Shown here piece after piece: positions 18,810-28,537 of a DNA stretch of 64,000 nt. The notes beneath the pieces are model-generated. The model was not told where the DNA came from. It did not search any database and was given only the letters and a program-made list of their open reading frames with translations. Origin of the DNA: a bacterium. GTDB lineage: Bacteria; UBA8248. The position numbers and the translations under genes were made by a program. Position 1 is the stretch's first letter. Each line of letters starts with the position of its first letter. The stretch is from NCBI GenBank assembly GCA_965207065.1, contig OZ242260.1:3168001-3232000 (forward strand), given 5' to 3'.

Positions 18810-19811
18810 TCAGAGGAGGCAGCAGTTGCGCTTGCGCCAGAGCAGGAAGCCGAAATTCTCCCCCGCGACCGGAAGCTCGCGGAGCGTCTCCCAGAGCACG
18901 GTGGAGCGGCCCGTGGGGTTGCAGCCGGTAAGCGCCGAGGTGGCCGGGACGGGCTGGGTCATCTGCCAGCGGTACTGTGATTTCTTCATGATCGGCATGG
19001 GGTAGCGTCCGCACAGGGCGGCGGATCCCAACGTGCCCCAGGCGAGAAGCATGCGGTGCAGGCGGAAGACGAGACGCTGCGCGGCGAGGAGAGACGCCTG
19101 CACGCCGCCCACGTGCGCGCCCACGTTGCCCGTCAGGGGATACATTGAGCCCTGGCACCCCGCGCACCAGTACAGTGGATCGAGCGGGAGTCCCGCGGAA
19201 GCCGCCGCGCAGTCGGCGGCGCACGCCGCCTGGGCGGGGAGATCCGCGAAGAGCGCGGCTTCGGGGTTCAGAAGAAACGAGAGCTCATCGTCGCGCCAGG
19301 CCGGATCGAGTTCGGATATCCAGGCGATGTCGAGACCGCCGCCTTCGAGACAGCCGAGATCGATCAGCGCCCCGATCCACGAGAGCAGGGGATAGACGTA
19401 GTAGTGGACGTGCCAGGTGGATCCCTGAGCTCCGTCCCCGCCGGAAGTTCCCGTGCGCCCGCGTCCCGCCGGCAAACCCCCGTCGATGGTCAATCCACCG
19501 AGATTCGGAAAACACCAGGGCGCGCGGCTCGCGTCGATAAGACGCGCGGGTTCCCAGACGCCGAGCGAAAGACCGATCCGGGGGATGGGACTCCCGCAGA
19601 AGCAGATCGGGGACCCCGGGTTGGGCGTATCCGGCGCACCGGCGGCCGAGCCTATCCGGATGGGTCCTATCGAAATCGGAAACAGGCACTCCCAGCACAC
19701 GTCCGTCACGGGGTTCACGAAACGACCCGAGCAGGACTGTGCAGAGACACTCTGTGTCGAGAGAATGCAGGAGAGAAAAATGACTGTAGTGAGGAAAATC
19801 AGGCGCCTCAT
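18810..19811 (-). CDS. traU: F-type TraU
   Basis: CSGRFVNPVTDVCWECLFPI, WEPARL, SELDPAW, WCAGCQG, WRKRNCC. Confidence 0.95.
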   Translation of the reverse strand: MRRLIFLTTVIFLSCILSTQSVSAQSCSGRFVNPVTDVCWECLFPISIGPIRIGSAAGAPDTPNPGSPICFCGSPIPRIGLSLGVWEPARLIDASRAPWCFPNLGGLTIDGGLPAGRGRTGTSGGDGAQGSTWHVHYYVYPLLSWIGALIDLGCLEGGGLDIAWISELDPAWRDDELSFLLNPEAALFADLPAQAACAADCAAASAGLPLDPLYWCAGCQGSMYPLTGNVGAHVGGVQASLLAAQRLVFRLHRMLLAWGTLGSAALCGRYPMPIMKKSQYRWQMTQPVPATSALTGCNPTGRSTVLWETLRELPVAGENFGFLLWRKRNCCLL

Positions 19812-20479
19812 GAGCGATCTCCTTCGCTCCCGGCCTTCTCTTCGTCTTCCAGGGGGACTTCCGTAATCCGCAAGAATGCTCCCTCGGCTTCGAGCACCGA
19901 CGGCGTGGCGGCAAGGCCGAACCGCCTCGCGAGCCGCCCGCCCTGGTCGAAGAAAAACGCCCGCCCGTGCGCTCTCATCAACTCCAGCGGACGGCCCGCG
20001 AGCAAAACGATCACGGAGGGTTTTTCACGGGCAATCGCCCAGTCGACCTCGACCGGGCGCGTACCGTCGATGAACAGGAGGTCGCGGGTCAGGGGGTGTT
20101 TTTCGAGGGGATTGATCCGCGTCCCCCGGGCAGCGAGCAACGCTCCGTCCGGCGCAAGGATGTCCCGTTCGACCTCGACCGATGGATCGAAAAGCCGGGT
20201 GCGGCGTTCGCGCGCAGGCCGGACGCCGGCAACGCGTGGAGGCGCCTCGATCCGCTCCCGGGCGCGTTCCACCACCTCGCGCCTCATGCGGTCCGCCTCG
20301 CCCGTGTTCTCCATTTCCTGGAACCTTGCCTCAATCTCGCGCAAAAGGTCAGGCTCCTCGATGCGCCAGACGGCGCCGCGAACGCCCAGGTCCTTCGCCG
20401 AAGCTGTTCCCACCAGCAGGACGAGGGCGCATCCCATCACGGACTTCGCGAGACGTGAATGAAGCAGGAACTTCCTCAT
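19808..20479 (-). CDS. traW: F-type TraW
   Basis: KDLGVRGAVWRIEEPDLL, FDPS, GTRINPL, FFDQGGRL; ATG 20479 overlaps the upstream stop. Confidence 0.92.
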   Translation of the reverse strand: MRKFLLHSRLAKSVMGCALVLLVGTASAKDLGVRGAVWRIEEPDLLREIEARFQEMENTGEADRMRREVVERARERIEAPPRVAGVRPARERRTRLFDPSVEVERDILAPDGALLAARGTRINPLEKHPLTRDLLFIDGTRPVEVDWAIAREKPSVIVLLAGRPLELMRAHGRAFFFDQGGRLARRFGLAATPSVLEAEGAFLRITEVPLEDEEKAGSEGDRS

Positions 20480-21030
20480 GGCCGCGCTTCCCCTCGTTTC
20501 GCGAGGGGTCCTTCGATACCCAGCCAGGGGATGTCGGGAAGCGGGAGGGCGCGGGCCCGGATGCGCTCGCGCGGCACGAGCCCGATCTCCCGGTACCGGC
20601 TGTCGTGGCTGTCCGCGTGATCGGCGTGTACGTAGTAGTGTCCCGGCGGAATCACGCCGGGCCCTATCGTTTCCAGGGCGCGGCCGTCGAGCGCATGCCT
20701 CTTGGCGATCCCGGTGAAATCTCCCCTGACGAAGACGCGGCGTTCTGAATCCACCGCCACGCTGTCTCCCGGCAGGCCGATAACACGCTTCATGTAGGGT
20801 ATGTTGGAACCCGCGGCTTCGGGCGGGTCGAAAAGGACGAGGTCGCCGCGTTTCGGCATCGCCATCATCGGCAGCGCGAAATACCCCCACGCACCGTCCG
20901 ACCAACTCGCGTTCACGTGGACGCGCGAAGCAGCGACGAGCCACAGCCCCGAGAGCACGGCCATACAGACCAGCAGTCTGAAACCCCGGGGGTTGGTTCG
21001 GCCCGGCGTGATGTCATCGGTCATCATCAT
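20476..21030 (-). CDS. S26-family conjugative pilin-processing peptidase (TrhF/TraF_P-like)
   Basis: VNASWS (catalytic Ser region), YMKRVIGLPGD, SHDSRY. Confidence 0.85.
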   Translation of the reverse strand: MMMTDDITPGRTNPRGFRLLVCMAVLSGLWLVAASRVHVNASWSDGAWGYFALPMMAMPKRGDLVLFDPPEAAGSNIPYMKRVIGLPGDSVAVDSERRVFVRGDFTGIAKRHALDGRALETIGPGVIPPGHYYVHADHADSHDSRYREIGLVPRERIRARALPLPDIPWLGIEGPLAKRGEARP

Positions 21031-21407
21031 TTGTTGTTTTCCTCCTTTTTCGGGAAATGCTTCCGGGTCGCGAGTTCCGCCATCGCCGCCTCGACCTCCG
21101 CCGTCAGGTCCTCCCCACCCGCTGCGACGGCGCCCGCCGTGAGCAGGACGACGCCCCGGCGCGCCGCTGTTCGCGCGAGCGCAACTTCGAGCCGTCTCGC
21201 CCATTCGCGGGCGGCGTCCAGGGCTTTCTTGGAATCGCCGCCCTCGCGGAGCGACCTGGTCACGTAGTCCGCCGTAAGGCCTGAGAGACGCACGCTCGCG
21301 ATACGCGGGGGTTTTTCCAGAGAAATCCTTACGGTCACGGCCGATACGGCGGCGGCGACGCCGACTGCGAGCAGGAGAGCGGCCGCGAACGCGGAAAACC
21401 CGCTCAT
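21027..21407 (-). CDS. trbI: TrbI-like F-type conjugation protein
   Basis: N-terminal TM anchor; C-terminal VVLLTAGAVAAGGEDLT motif; position between traC and traW. Confidence 0.7.
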   Translation of the reverse strand: MSGFSAFAAALLLAVGVAAAVSAVTVRISLEKPPRIASVRLSGLTADYVTRSLREGGDSKKALDAAREWARRLEVALARTAARRGVVLLTAGAVAAGGEDLTAEVEAAMAELATRKHFPKKEENNK

Positions 21408-21655
21408 TACCGCTCCCCCGAGACGCGCCGCTCGGCGTCCATCGAGACCCAGGCCTTCCGGTCGCAGCGCCTGAACCAGGCCGTCCCGTCCTCGTCGTGG
21501 AACATGTAGCGGTACAGGCCCGCGTAGAGCCGGTCCCCGGGGTCGTCCGAGAGCACGCCCGCCGCGATCGCCGCGCGGAAGACGCTCTCGGTGTCCTCGT
21601 ATACCCGGATGGAGCGCCTCCCCCGCTCAGGCCGTCGCCTGCGCCTAGGCCGCAT
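21407..21655 (-). CDS. Small hypothetical protein in the tra operon
   Basis: Tightly packed, overlapping both neighbours; body VFRAAIAAGVLSDDP...YRYMFHD looks like real protein; start uncertain (21655 or 21718). Confidence 0.5.
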   Translation of the reverse strand: MRPRRRRRPERGRRSIRVYEDTESVFRAAIAAGVLSDDPGDRLYAGLYRYMFHDEDGTAWFRRCDRKAWVSMDAERRVSGER

Positions 21656-22358
21656 CGCGCGAGCCTCTGTCCGCCTGCGTCCCGGTGTCCTCTTCCGCCG
21701 CTCGTATGCGCATGTCATGAGGGTTCTCCTCTGTGTTTTCGCCGGACGCCTCAGGGTGTGGACCGGATGCGCTCCCTCCCGGGACGGGCGGTCTCTTGAG
21801 ATCGTTCAAGCGCTCGAGCCAGAGCCTGGCCGCGCGCGCGGGATCGAGGGGCCGGATGCGCCTGTCGAGCGGCGGGAAGAGGACGGCGACCGCGTTATCG
21901 CCCGCACCCGGCACGTCGCGCGCTTCCGCCGCATCGGCCATCCGGGCGATGAAGCGCAGGAGCTCGGCCTGCTCCGCCGCGGGTTCCGTCTCGATACCCG
22001 CCGCCTCGCGTAAGGCGCGGTCGACGCGTGCGCCCAGGCGTCTCAGCCTGTCCGTCTTCCGCCGCGAGGGAGCGGCGTCGGGACCGAGCCACGCGACGCT
22101 CGCCTCGAACAGCAGGGCATGGAGCGCCGCCTCGCGCATGTCGCTGCCCAGACCCTCTATCGCCTCGCTCATCGTCACCGCGTGGGCGGCGAGCGAATGG
22201 AAGCGCCTCATCCGCCCGTCCCGGCGGCAGGTGTTGGCGAGCACGTGGGCCAGGGCCTCGAAGTCGACGGATTCGGCCGTCAGCGATTCGGGGTTTCCCG
22301 GCCACTCCAGCGATCTCTCCTCCGCTTCGCCCCCGTGCGCTCTTCTTCTCACGTTCAT
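21645..22358 (-). CDS. HD-domain (phage/YfbR-like 5'-deoxynucleotidase fold) protein with degenerate active site
   Basis: LAHVLANTCR...FHSLAAH...ALLFEASVAWLG resembles the family pattern IAHALS..CRF..FYSVAQH..ALLHDAAEAYLGD, but HD is replaced by FE; AAGGAAA RBS before ATG 22358. Confidence 0.7.
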   Translation of the reverse strand: MNVRRRAHGGEAEERSLEWPGNPESLTAESVDFEALAHVLANTCRRDGRMRRFHSLAAHAVTMSEAIEGLGSDMREAALHALLFEASVAWLGPDAAPSRRKTDRLRRLGARVDRALREAAGIETEPAAEQAELLRFIARMADAAEARDVPGAGDNAVAVLFPPLDRRIRPLDPARAARLWLERLNDLKRPPVPGGSASGPHPEASGENTEENPHDMRIRAAEEDTGTQADRGSRDAA

Positions 22359-22411
22359 GTGGTTTCCTTTCCGTTGATGATTTGTTTGCAGCTGTCGGTT
22401 GGAATGGAGCC

Positions 22412-24913
22412 TCAGGGCGCGCCCTCTTCGGCGACCCGCGCGACGGCCTCCTCGGTGGTGAGACCCTCGCTTTTCAGTTTCTCGATCGCCGCGAAGGCGG
22501 GCCCGCGCGATGAGTAGAGCGCCTGAGACCAGCGGTCCAGCGCGAGCCGCGCTACCCGCCAGCCGTCCGGGCCGTGCAGCACGAGTTCGGCGTGGCGTCC
22601 GTCCACGGTGGCCAGGCTCTTGAGCGCGCGCTCCATCCCGGGGTCGCAGTGGATGCGCTTCTCCTGCTTCAGGAGTTCGACGGACTCGTCCTTTTGCGCC
22701 AGGAATATCGTCCAGTCCGAGTTGTCCCAGGCCGCCCGCGCCGCGGGGTTGGCGTAGTAGTCGTTCACGCTCTGGGTGCCGGTGACGAGCGCGCCCCGGT
22801 ATTTTCTCGCGCGGCGGGCGGCGCCCTCCAAGAACGCCTTGCTGTCCTCGCCCGACAACAAATCCCAGGCCTCGTCGATCACGATAGCCTTGGGCCGCGT
22901 CCTCGGGCCGTGGTACATGCGCTGCGTGGCGAGGAATACGACCAGCATGAGCACGACGCCCTGGAGGTCGCCGCGTCCCTTGAGCTCGGCGAGTTCGAAC
23001 ACGGTGAGCGCGGCGTCCAGGTCCGGCGTCCCGCCGCCCTCGAAGAGGCGTCCCATCTCGCCGCCCGGACACCATGGGCCGAGCGCTACGCTCAGGTCGG
23101 ACGCGCGCCTGTCGCCCGCGGCCCCGAGTCCTTTCTGCACTCGGCCTAAGTCCGCGTCGTTTCCGGCTTCCTCCCAGGCGCGCGCGATGGCCTCGTCTAT
23201 CAGCGCCGCCTCGATGTCGTCGATCCGGCCGCGTCTCCTGCACATGCGGCCGACCACCGAGGCCAGCATGGCGAAGCACTCCTCCCGGTAGTCGCCGTCT
23301 CTCGCGGCGGTATCGGCGTCGATCATGGCGAAGGGGTTGAGCCTCGCGGGGTCCTTCCCGAAGGCGATGAAGGCGCCGCCGAGCGCTTCCGCCGTGTGCT
23401 GGAACGAGCGTCCGTCGTCGATGACTACGGCCTCTCCGCCCGCGCCCGCGATCCCCGCGACGAGTTCCTGCATCAACACGGATTTGCCCGATCCCGACTT
23501 GCCGGTCACGGCCACGTTGTAGTTCCCCGCTTCGTTCGCGAAAGGAGACCAGGGGGCGGGCTGCCCGCGTCTTCCCAGGAGAAGAAGCGCGGGCGGTGCG
23601 TCCGGCCGCGCCCTCTGGCCGCGCCACTCGCCGTGCACGGGCGCCAGGTTGACGGCGGATGAGGTGAGCAGCGTCTTCATCCGGCCCATCCGGGCGAGGT
23701 CGGCGTCGAGTCCGCCTGCTGCGACCATGGGCAGGCAGGAGAGCCAGGTAGGGAGGTGCGCGTAGCGCTCCGCCCCCAGCCGCCAGCCCTGTCCGTGGTA
23801 TATGGCGCGCACCGCCTGTTCGGCTTCGTCTATCGCGTCGAGCGGCGCGTAGACCGCCGTCATGTAGGAGGCCCGCACCAGGCGCTCGCCTTCCTTGAGC
23901 CGCTCGGTCACGAAGCGCCAGTCGCGCGCCTTCTCCGGAAGGCCGGGCAGGTAGCGCGCGATGCCCGTCCCCGCCTGCTGCGTCGCGCGGGCGGACTTCA
24001 AGAACGCGCGCTCTCCGTCGGCCGCCTCGCCCATCATCACGGTGAGCGCGGTCAGAACCGGTGCGCCGGGTTGCAGGAAATCTCGATAGAAATCCCCGAT
24101 CAGGGCATTGCCCCGCCAGCCGGGCCAGACTTCCGGATATGCGCGGGCGGAGAGCACGCGCACGGCAACGTCCGCCCCGTCCGGGTGGTGGAAGACCAGG
24201 CCCGCCGGCGCAACGCTCATCGCGCGTCCGGGCGCCGCGCACTGTAAGTGGATCGGATCGCGCGGCGACCAGCGCCTCCCGGGACGTACGAGTCCGCCGT
24301 CATGGACGCCTTCCGTATCGGGCGCGGCGAGCTCCGCTGCCAGCGAGAGCAGCGCGTCGGGCTCCATCCGCCGGGACCAGGTCCCGATCGAGGCGAACGC
24401 GCCCTCGATCGCGCGGCGGAAGCCGCCGAGCGCGGTCTCAGAAGCCGGTCCCGGACGCCCCGGCAGACTCGCCGCGAGGAACACCCGGCAGTCGTTCATC
24501 GTAAAGGTTGGCCCGCCCGCGTGGAGCGGCCGCCAGCCCGCTCCCGTGAACAGCGCCGAGCGGCGTTTCGCCATCACCGCCTGCAGGCCGCCCGCCGCCT
24601 CCCTCGGCCCGGACCATTCCGCGATCGCGGCCCCGTAGCGCGGGCTCGTCCAGTGGATCACCTGCACCACGGAACGATCGGGTGCGGAGTCCGCGAGCGT
24701 TCCCGCGAGGGCGTCCAGCGTCCCCTCGTCCACCCCCGCGAAAGGCGGGAGTTCCAGGACGAAGCCGAGGCTGCCTGCGTTCACGTAGAACTCGCCCGAC
24801 TCGTCCCAGGCGCGCCAGGGGAGGAGGTCCACGAGCGGGGCCGGGACGGCCGGGAGCGTCCAGGGCGCAAGCGCGTCGGCGCCGCCGAAGATGTCCTTCA
24901 GTCGCTCGATCAC
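22412..24913 (-). CDS. traC: F-type VirB4-like ATPase TraC
   Basis: NYNVAVTGKSGSGKS Walker A, IDEAW Walker B, ARRARKY; GTG 24913 overlaps the traV stop (GTGA). Confidence 0.95.
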   Translation of the reverse strand: MIERLKDIFGGADALAPWTLPAVPAPLVDLLPWRAWDESGEFYVNAGSLGFVLELPPFAGVDEGTLDALAGTLADSAPDRSVVQVIHWTSPRYGAAIAEWSGPREAAGGLQAVMAKRRSALFTGAGWRPLHAGGPTFTMNDCRVFLAASLPGRPGPASETALGGFRRAIEGAFASIGTWSRRMEPDALLSLAAELAAPDTEGVHDGGLVRPGRRWSPRDPIHLQCAAPGRAMSVAPAGLVFHHPDGADVAVRVLSARAYPEVWPGWRGNALIGDFYRDFLQPGAPVLTALTVMMGEAADGERAFLKSARATQQAGTGIARYLPGLPEKARDWRFVTERLKEGERLVRASYMTAVYAPLDAIDEAEQAVRAIYHGQGWRLGAERYAHLPTWLSCLPMVAAGGLDADLARMGRMKTLLTSSAVNLAPVHGEWRGQRARPDAPPALLLLGRRGQPAPWSPFANEAGNYNVAVTGKSGSGKSVLMQELVAGIAGAGGEAVVIDDGRSFQHTAEALGGAFIAFGKDPARLNPFAMIDADTAARDGDYREECFAMLASVVGRMCRRRGRIDDIEAALIDEAIARAWEEAGNDADLGRVQKGLGAAGDRRASDLSVALGPWCPGGEMGRLFEGGGTPDLDAALTVFELAELKGRGDLQGVVLMLVVFLATQRMYHGPRTRPKAIVIDEAWDLLSGEDSKAFLEGAARRARKYRGALVTGTQSVNDYYANPAARAAWDNSDWTIFLAQKDESVELLKQEKRIHCDPGMERALKSLATVDGRHAELVLHGPDGWRVARLALDRWSQALYSSRGPAFAAIEKLKSEGLTTEEAVARVAEEGAP

Positions 24914-25407
24914 GGCAGCCTCCAGCCCGCTGGCCTTATCACCGCGCGTACCCAATTGCCCTCGCGATATATTCCTTTCGCGTCCACGTAGGGTGCGATC
25001 CAGATCCGCGCGATCCGCTCCTTCGTACGGAGGTTTTCATTCGGCTCGGCCGGAGTCTCATCCGAAACCCGTGGAACGACCAGCGGCTCGGCCGTGGCCA
25101 CCTCCTCGTCCTCTTCGGCTGAAAAGAGTTCCGCGAACCAGGCGATGATGCCGCTCAGGAACGGGGTCCCGGTGGTTTCGATGGAACGAACCGGGGAGAG
25201 GGGAGTCGTTTCCCGTGCTTTTTCTGTTGTCGCAACGGCGGGGTCCGCCTCCGAAACGCTCGCGCACGCCGCCCCCTGCGCGATGGGGCATTGCCAGCTC
25301 TCGCCCACGTGGCTTCCCCCCGCACAGCCCGCGAGGAACATGACGGTCAACAGCATCGCCGGCAAATGAAATCTTCCTGTCGATGATGGATGGATATTCG
25401 TTCTCAT
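24910..25407 (-). CDS. traV: TraV lipoprotein
   Basis: Lipobox FLAG-C; WQC...CASV; RIWIAPYVDAKG. Confidence 0.9.
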   Translation of the reverse strand: MRTNIHPSSTGRFHLPAMLLTVMFLAGCAGGSHVGESWQCPIAQGAACASVSEADPAVATTEKARETTPLSPVRSIETTGTPFLSGIIAWFAELFSAEEDEEVATAEPLVVPRVSDETPAEPNENLRTKERIARIWIAPYVDAKGIYREGNWVRAVIRPAGWRLP

Positions 25408-26627
25408 CTGTTCCTCCCGTGTTTGTTGCTCTTCCTGTCTTCGCTCCCGTCGATCCGGGCGCCCTCGATGAACACGACCGTGACCCTCGTTCCCGTCTGG
25501 AGCTGGATCACCGGCTGGTACTGCTCGGCACGGCGGATCAGGTAGTCCGCCACCCGGCGGCCGGCCGATCCCGCGCCCGCTCCCAGGCCCGCGCGTCCCA
25601 GGTCGCTCAGGCTCGCCGCGTTCTCCGCCCCCGCCGTCCCGGCAGGCGCCTGGAGCACGTTGGCGGCGGTCTCGCCCACGCCCGACACCAGGCCCGCGAG
25701 AAAGGCCTTTTCCACGAGCGCACCCTCGCGGCTCACCACGGGACCCCGCACGCCGGCCTTGCCGCCGCCCGCCACGAAGCCCGAGACCTCGGTCTCGATC
25801 ACGGTCGCCGCCTCGGCGCCGGCGCAGGTCATGGTCTGAAGCCGCACGTAGACTTTCTCGGACGAGAGGTCCCCGTAGGCCGCGCCCGTCAGCGTGCAGC
25901 CCTCGACGTCGGCTTCCATCGCCGCTCCACCCGCCGCCGCACTCCGTGCCTTGCCCGTGAGTCGAAGCAGCACCGGGCGCGGGTCGCCCTGGGAGGAGAC
26001 GCCCGCCGAGGCGTCCACGCCCGCCAGAACCACCGCTTCCGCGTAGGCGCCCGCGGGCAGCCAGGAGGAAAGGGGGCGTGGGCCCGTATCAGGGGCGTTC
26101 GTACCCTCGACTCCCGTGCCGGTATGAAATTCCCGGATCATGGGCGCATTCGCCGTAGAGGCTCTCCCGCCGGGTGGCGTGCGATCCCCCTTCGCGCCCG
26201 GCGCAGGCCGCTTCGACCGGACGGGCGCGGCGGGGCGGGTCTCCAGTTTTTTGCGCAGTTCGTCGATCGCCGCCGCCTGGCGGTCGATCACCATCCGTCC
26301 GTCCGCCGCGCCCTTGTCGAGACGCGCCCTGAGCCGCGCGTTCTCCTCCTCCGAGCGCCGGTTCTTCGTCTCCATCTCGCGGAGCCGCGCCTCCATCTGT
26401 CCGATCCGGGCCTCCGATCGCCTGACCCAGACGGCTTCCGCAGACCCTGCGCCCGCGAGCTTCGCCCGGACCCCGCCCCGTGGCGGCGGCGCTTCGCTCC
26501 CTCCCGCCGAGAACCAGGCCGCGAAAGCGACGAGCACGGCAGCGGCCAGGCTTGATAACAGGAGCATCTGGCGACTCCTGATCTTCCGGCTCTCGGGGTC
26601 CATCGGGGTTTTCTCCTGCCCGCTCAT
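25404..26627 (-). CDS. traB: TraB (VirB10-like)
   Basis: TM plus coiled coil; LPAGAYAEAVVLAGVDA, GDLSSEKVYVR, GVRGPVVSREG, AEQYQPVIQ. Confidence 0.92.
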   Translation of the reverse strand: MSGQEKTPMDPESRKIRSRQMLLLSSLAAAVLVAFAAWFSAGGSEAPPPRGGVRAKLAGAGSAEAVWVRRSEARIGQMEARLREMETKNRRSEEENARLRARLDKGAADGRMVIDRQAAAIDELRKKLETRPAAPVRSKRPAPGAKGDRTPPGGRASTANAPMIREFHTGTGVEGTNAPDTGPRPLSSWLPAGAYAEAVVLAGVDASAGVSSQGDPRPVLLRLTGKARSAAAGGAAMEADVEGCTLTGAAYGDLSSEKVYVRLQTMTCAGAEAATVIETEVSGFVAGGGKAGVRGPVVSREGALVEKAFLAGLVSGVGETAANVLQAPAGTAGAENAASLSDLGRAGLGAGAGSAGRRVADYLIRRAEQYQPVIQLQTGTRVTVVFIEGARIDGSEDRKSNKHGRNR

Positions 26628-27370
26628 TGCGCGGCCCTCAATCGCGAGGTTTCGAGCACCGCCACGACGATTCGTCCGCCCGAGGGACCGCTCGCAGACT
26701 CCGCCGCCCAGAACGCGGCCGCGCCCGGTGCGAGGTGTTGCATCATGGCTTGGTTGTCGTCCCCAGGGATGGAATCCATCTCGTACACGCGCGCCGTGAA
26801 CCGCCGCCCGCGCCAGGTTTCCAGGAGCGCCGAGGCCTCTGAACGTGACGTTTCGGATGGCGTGTGAATCACATAGCCCGGCAAGACTTCACGCAGCGCC
26901 ACAGCGCGCACCAGCGCCACGAGCGCGCCCACGCGGCCTTCGCGGGGAGCGGGGCTTTCCGCCCGGGGCGCCGCGGCGGCGTTTCTGATCAGTATCTGCG
27001 CCGAGCCCCGCGCGGCGGTCCGGAGCCTCAGCCGGTAGGTGAAGCCCTTCGCCGTCCCGATGAAGAGCGTAAGCGCCTCCCGCGCAGGGGCGGTTGATTC
27101 CAGGGGCCGCAGGTAGAGGTCCCCGCGCGACTTGTCGTGTTCGAGCGCAAAACCGTCCGGCCCCCGGACCACGCGCGCCACCCGATCATCGGCCAGCGTT
27201 ACCCGGCTCACCGAACGGTCCGATATCTCGGCTTCGAGTTCCGCGCCGTCTGCGGCGACCAGTATCTGCATTGCGGACGCCGGCGCCGCCCAGATAAAGA
27301 TCGCGGCCAGGAGCAGCGTCCGAATCAGCGCGCGAGGGATGGCGTTCCCCCTTCTCGTCAATTGCGTCAT
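26624..27370 (-). CDS. traK: TraK secretin-like protein
   Basis: Signal peptide; ISDRSVSRV, GDLYLRP, TLFIGTAKGFTY; sits between traE and traB; start ATG 27370. Confidence 0.85.
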   Translation of the reverse strand: MTQLTRRGNAIPRALIRTLLLAAIFIWAAPASAMQILVAADGAELEAEISDRSVSRVTLADDRVARVVRGPDGFALEHDKSRGDLYLRPLESTAPAREALTLFIGTAKGFTYRLRLRTAARGSAQILIRNAAAAPRAESPAPREGRVGALVALVRAVALREVLPGYVIHTPSETSRSEASALLETWRGRRFTARVYEMDSIPGDDNQAMMQHLAPGAAAFWAAESASGPSGGRIVVAVLETSRLRAAQ

Positions 27371-27924
27371 TTCTTCTCCTCCAGTTCCTCGAAACGAAGC
27401 AGGCCGATCCGGCCCGCGTCCACGCGGAAGGACAACCGGTAGCGCTTCCGCTCGCGCGAGACCGGCTCGCGCCCCACCCAGGTCGCGAGTTCCCCGCCCA
27501 CGACGACCGTCAGCCTCCCCGGGTCCGCCTCGATCCGCCCGGGGTAGAACGCCGTCGAAAGGTCGCGCCGCGCCATGCGCCCGGCCTCGGCCGCGACCCA
27601 GGCGCCGATGGCGCCCCGCGCGGAGGCGTGGGCGAGCCGCGCCGCCGCTTCGCGGGCGTGCTCCGCGTTCTCGGGCGTGAGCGTAAGCAGCGTCACCGCC
27701 ACGGTCCGTCCCATGTCCTCGAGGTAGCGGAGCCCCGCCCGCCCGCCGCCGACCTCCCATGCCGGTCCCGCGACCGCGGGCACCAGCACCGTCATGCGCT
27801 CCACCGAGGCGAGGCCTATGCTCAGAGCGAGGTTGGCCAGGAGCGAGAGGCCGAGCAGCGCCGCCAGCGCCGCGCGCGCGTCCCGAACGCGCCTGCGCTC
27901 GGTTTCCATCAATTCCCGTCTCAT
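27367..27924 (-). CDS. traE: TraE
   Basis: TM segment, TVLVP, YLEDMG, LTLTPEN; position after traL. Confidence 0.87.
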   Translation of the reverse strand: MRRELMETERRRVRDARAALAALLGLSLLANLALSIGLASVERMTVLVPAVAGPAWEVGGGRAGLRYLEDMGRTVAVTLLTLTPENAEHAREAAARLAHASARGAIGAWVAAEAGRMARRDLSTAFYPGRIEADPGRLTVVVGGELATWVGREPVSRERKRYRLSFRVDAGRIGLLRFEELEEKK

Positions 27925-27934
27925 CAAAACCTCC

Positions 27935-28228
27935 TCATCCGATGAAGCGGCGCAGGTGGCTCGCCGGCGCGCCCCTGAACCCGAGCGCGAAACCGGGCAG
28001 GAACCAGTAGAGCGCGCAGATCGCGACATCCGCCCCGCCGCCCCGCTTGGCCCGGCGCAGGAGCGCCCAGCCCGCAAGTCCGGTCAACAACCCCGTCAGG
28101 AAGGCGTTCGCCGCCAGTCCCAGCAATGCCGGTCCCAGGAGCGCCGCCGCCTCGTCCAGGGTCCAGAACAGCCAGCGTTCCGGGTCGTCGAGGCGCGAGG
28201 GGATCGCGTGCTTGGCCTGATCGCTCAT
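27935..28228 (-). CDS. traL: TraL
   Basis: IPSRLDDPERWLFWTLDE, LYWFLP, PASHLRRFIG. Confidence 0.92.
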   Translation of the reverse strand: MSDQAKHAIPSRLDDPERWLFWTLDEAAALLGPALLGLAANAFLTGLLTGLAGWALLRRAKRGGGADVAICALYWFLPGFALGFRGAPASHLRRFIG

Positions 28229-28237
28229 ACGTCCCCC

Positions 28238-28537
28238 TCATATGATCGCCGTGCCGACGAGCCCGGTGACGATGCCGGTGCCCGCGCCCGCCGCGATGCC
28301 CACGCCGACGGCGCCCGCGAGCTGGGCTGCGTTGAAGCGAAGCACCGAACCCACAAGGGCGGCGCCCACGGCGAGCGCTGCCGCGAGCTGTCCGCCCGTG
28401 CCCGAGACCATCCCGGTCACCGTGCCGAGCGGACCCGAGAACGTCGTGTCCGTCGTCGCCCAGGCGGCGTCGAATCCCCACAGCGCCCAGAGGAGCGCGG
28501 CGAGGGCGCACCTGCTCAGGAAAGAAACTCTCTTCAT
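28238..28537 (-). CDS. traA: Conjugative pilin (TraA/TrhA-like)
   Basis: 99 aa with signal ending AWA and two hydrophobic Gly/Ala-rich helices; directly upstream of traL; GGAGGG RBS. Confidence 0.8.
   Translation of the reverse strand: MKRVSFLSRCALAALLWALWGFDAAWATTDTTFSGPLGTVTGMVSGTGGQLAAALAVGAALVGSVLRFNAAQLAGAVGVGIAAGAGTGIVTGLVGTAII

Noticed and set aside
21645-24242. 865-aa ORF in the track
   Set aside because: The upstream part is an alternative frame over traC; only the part from ATG 22358, which has an RBS, looks like a real gene.
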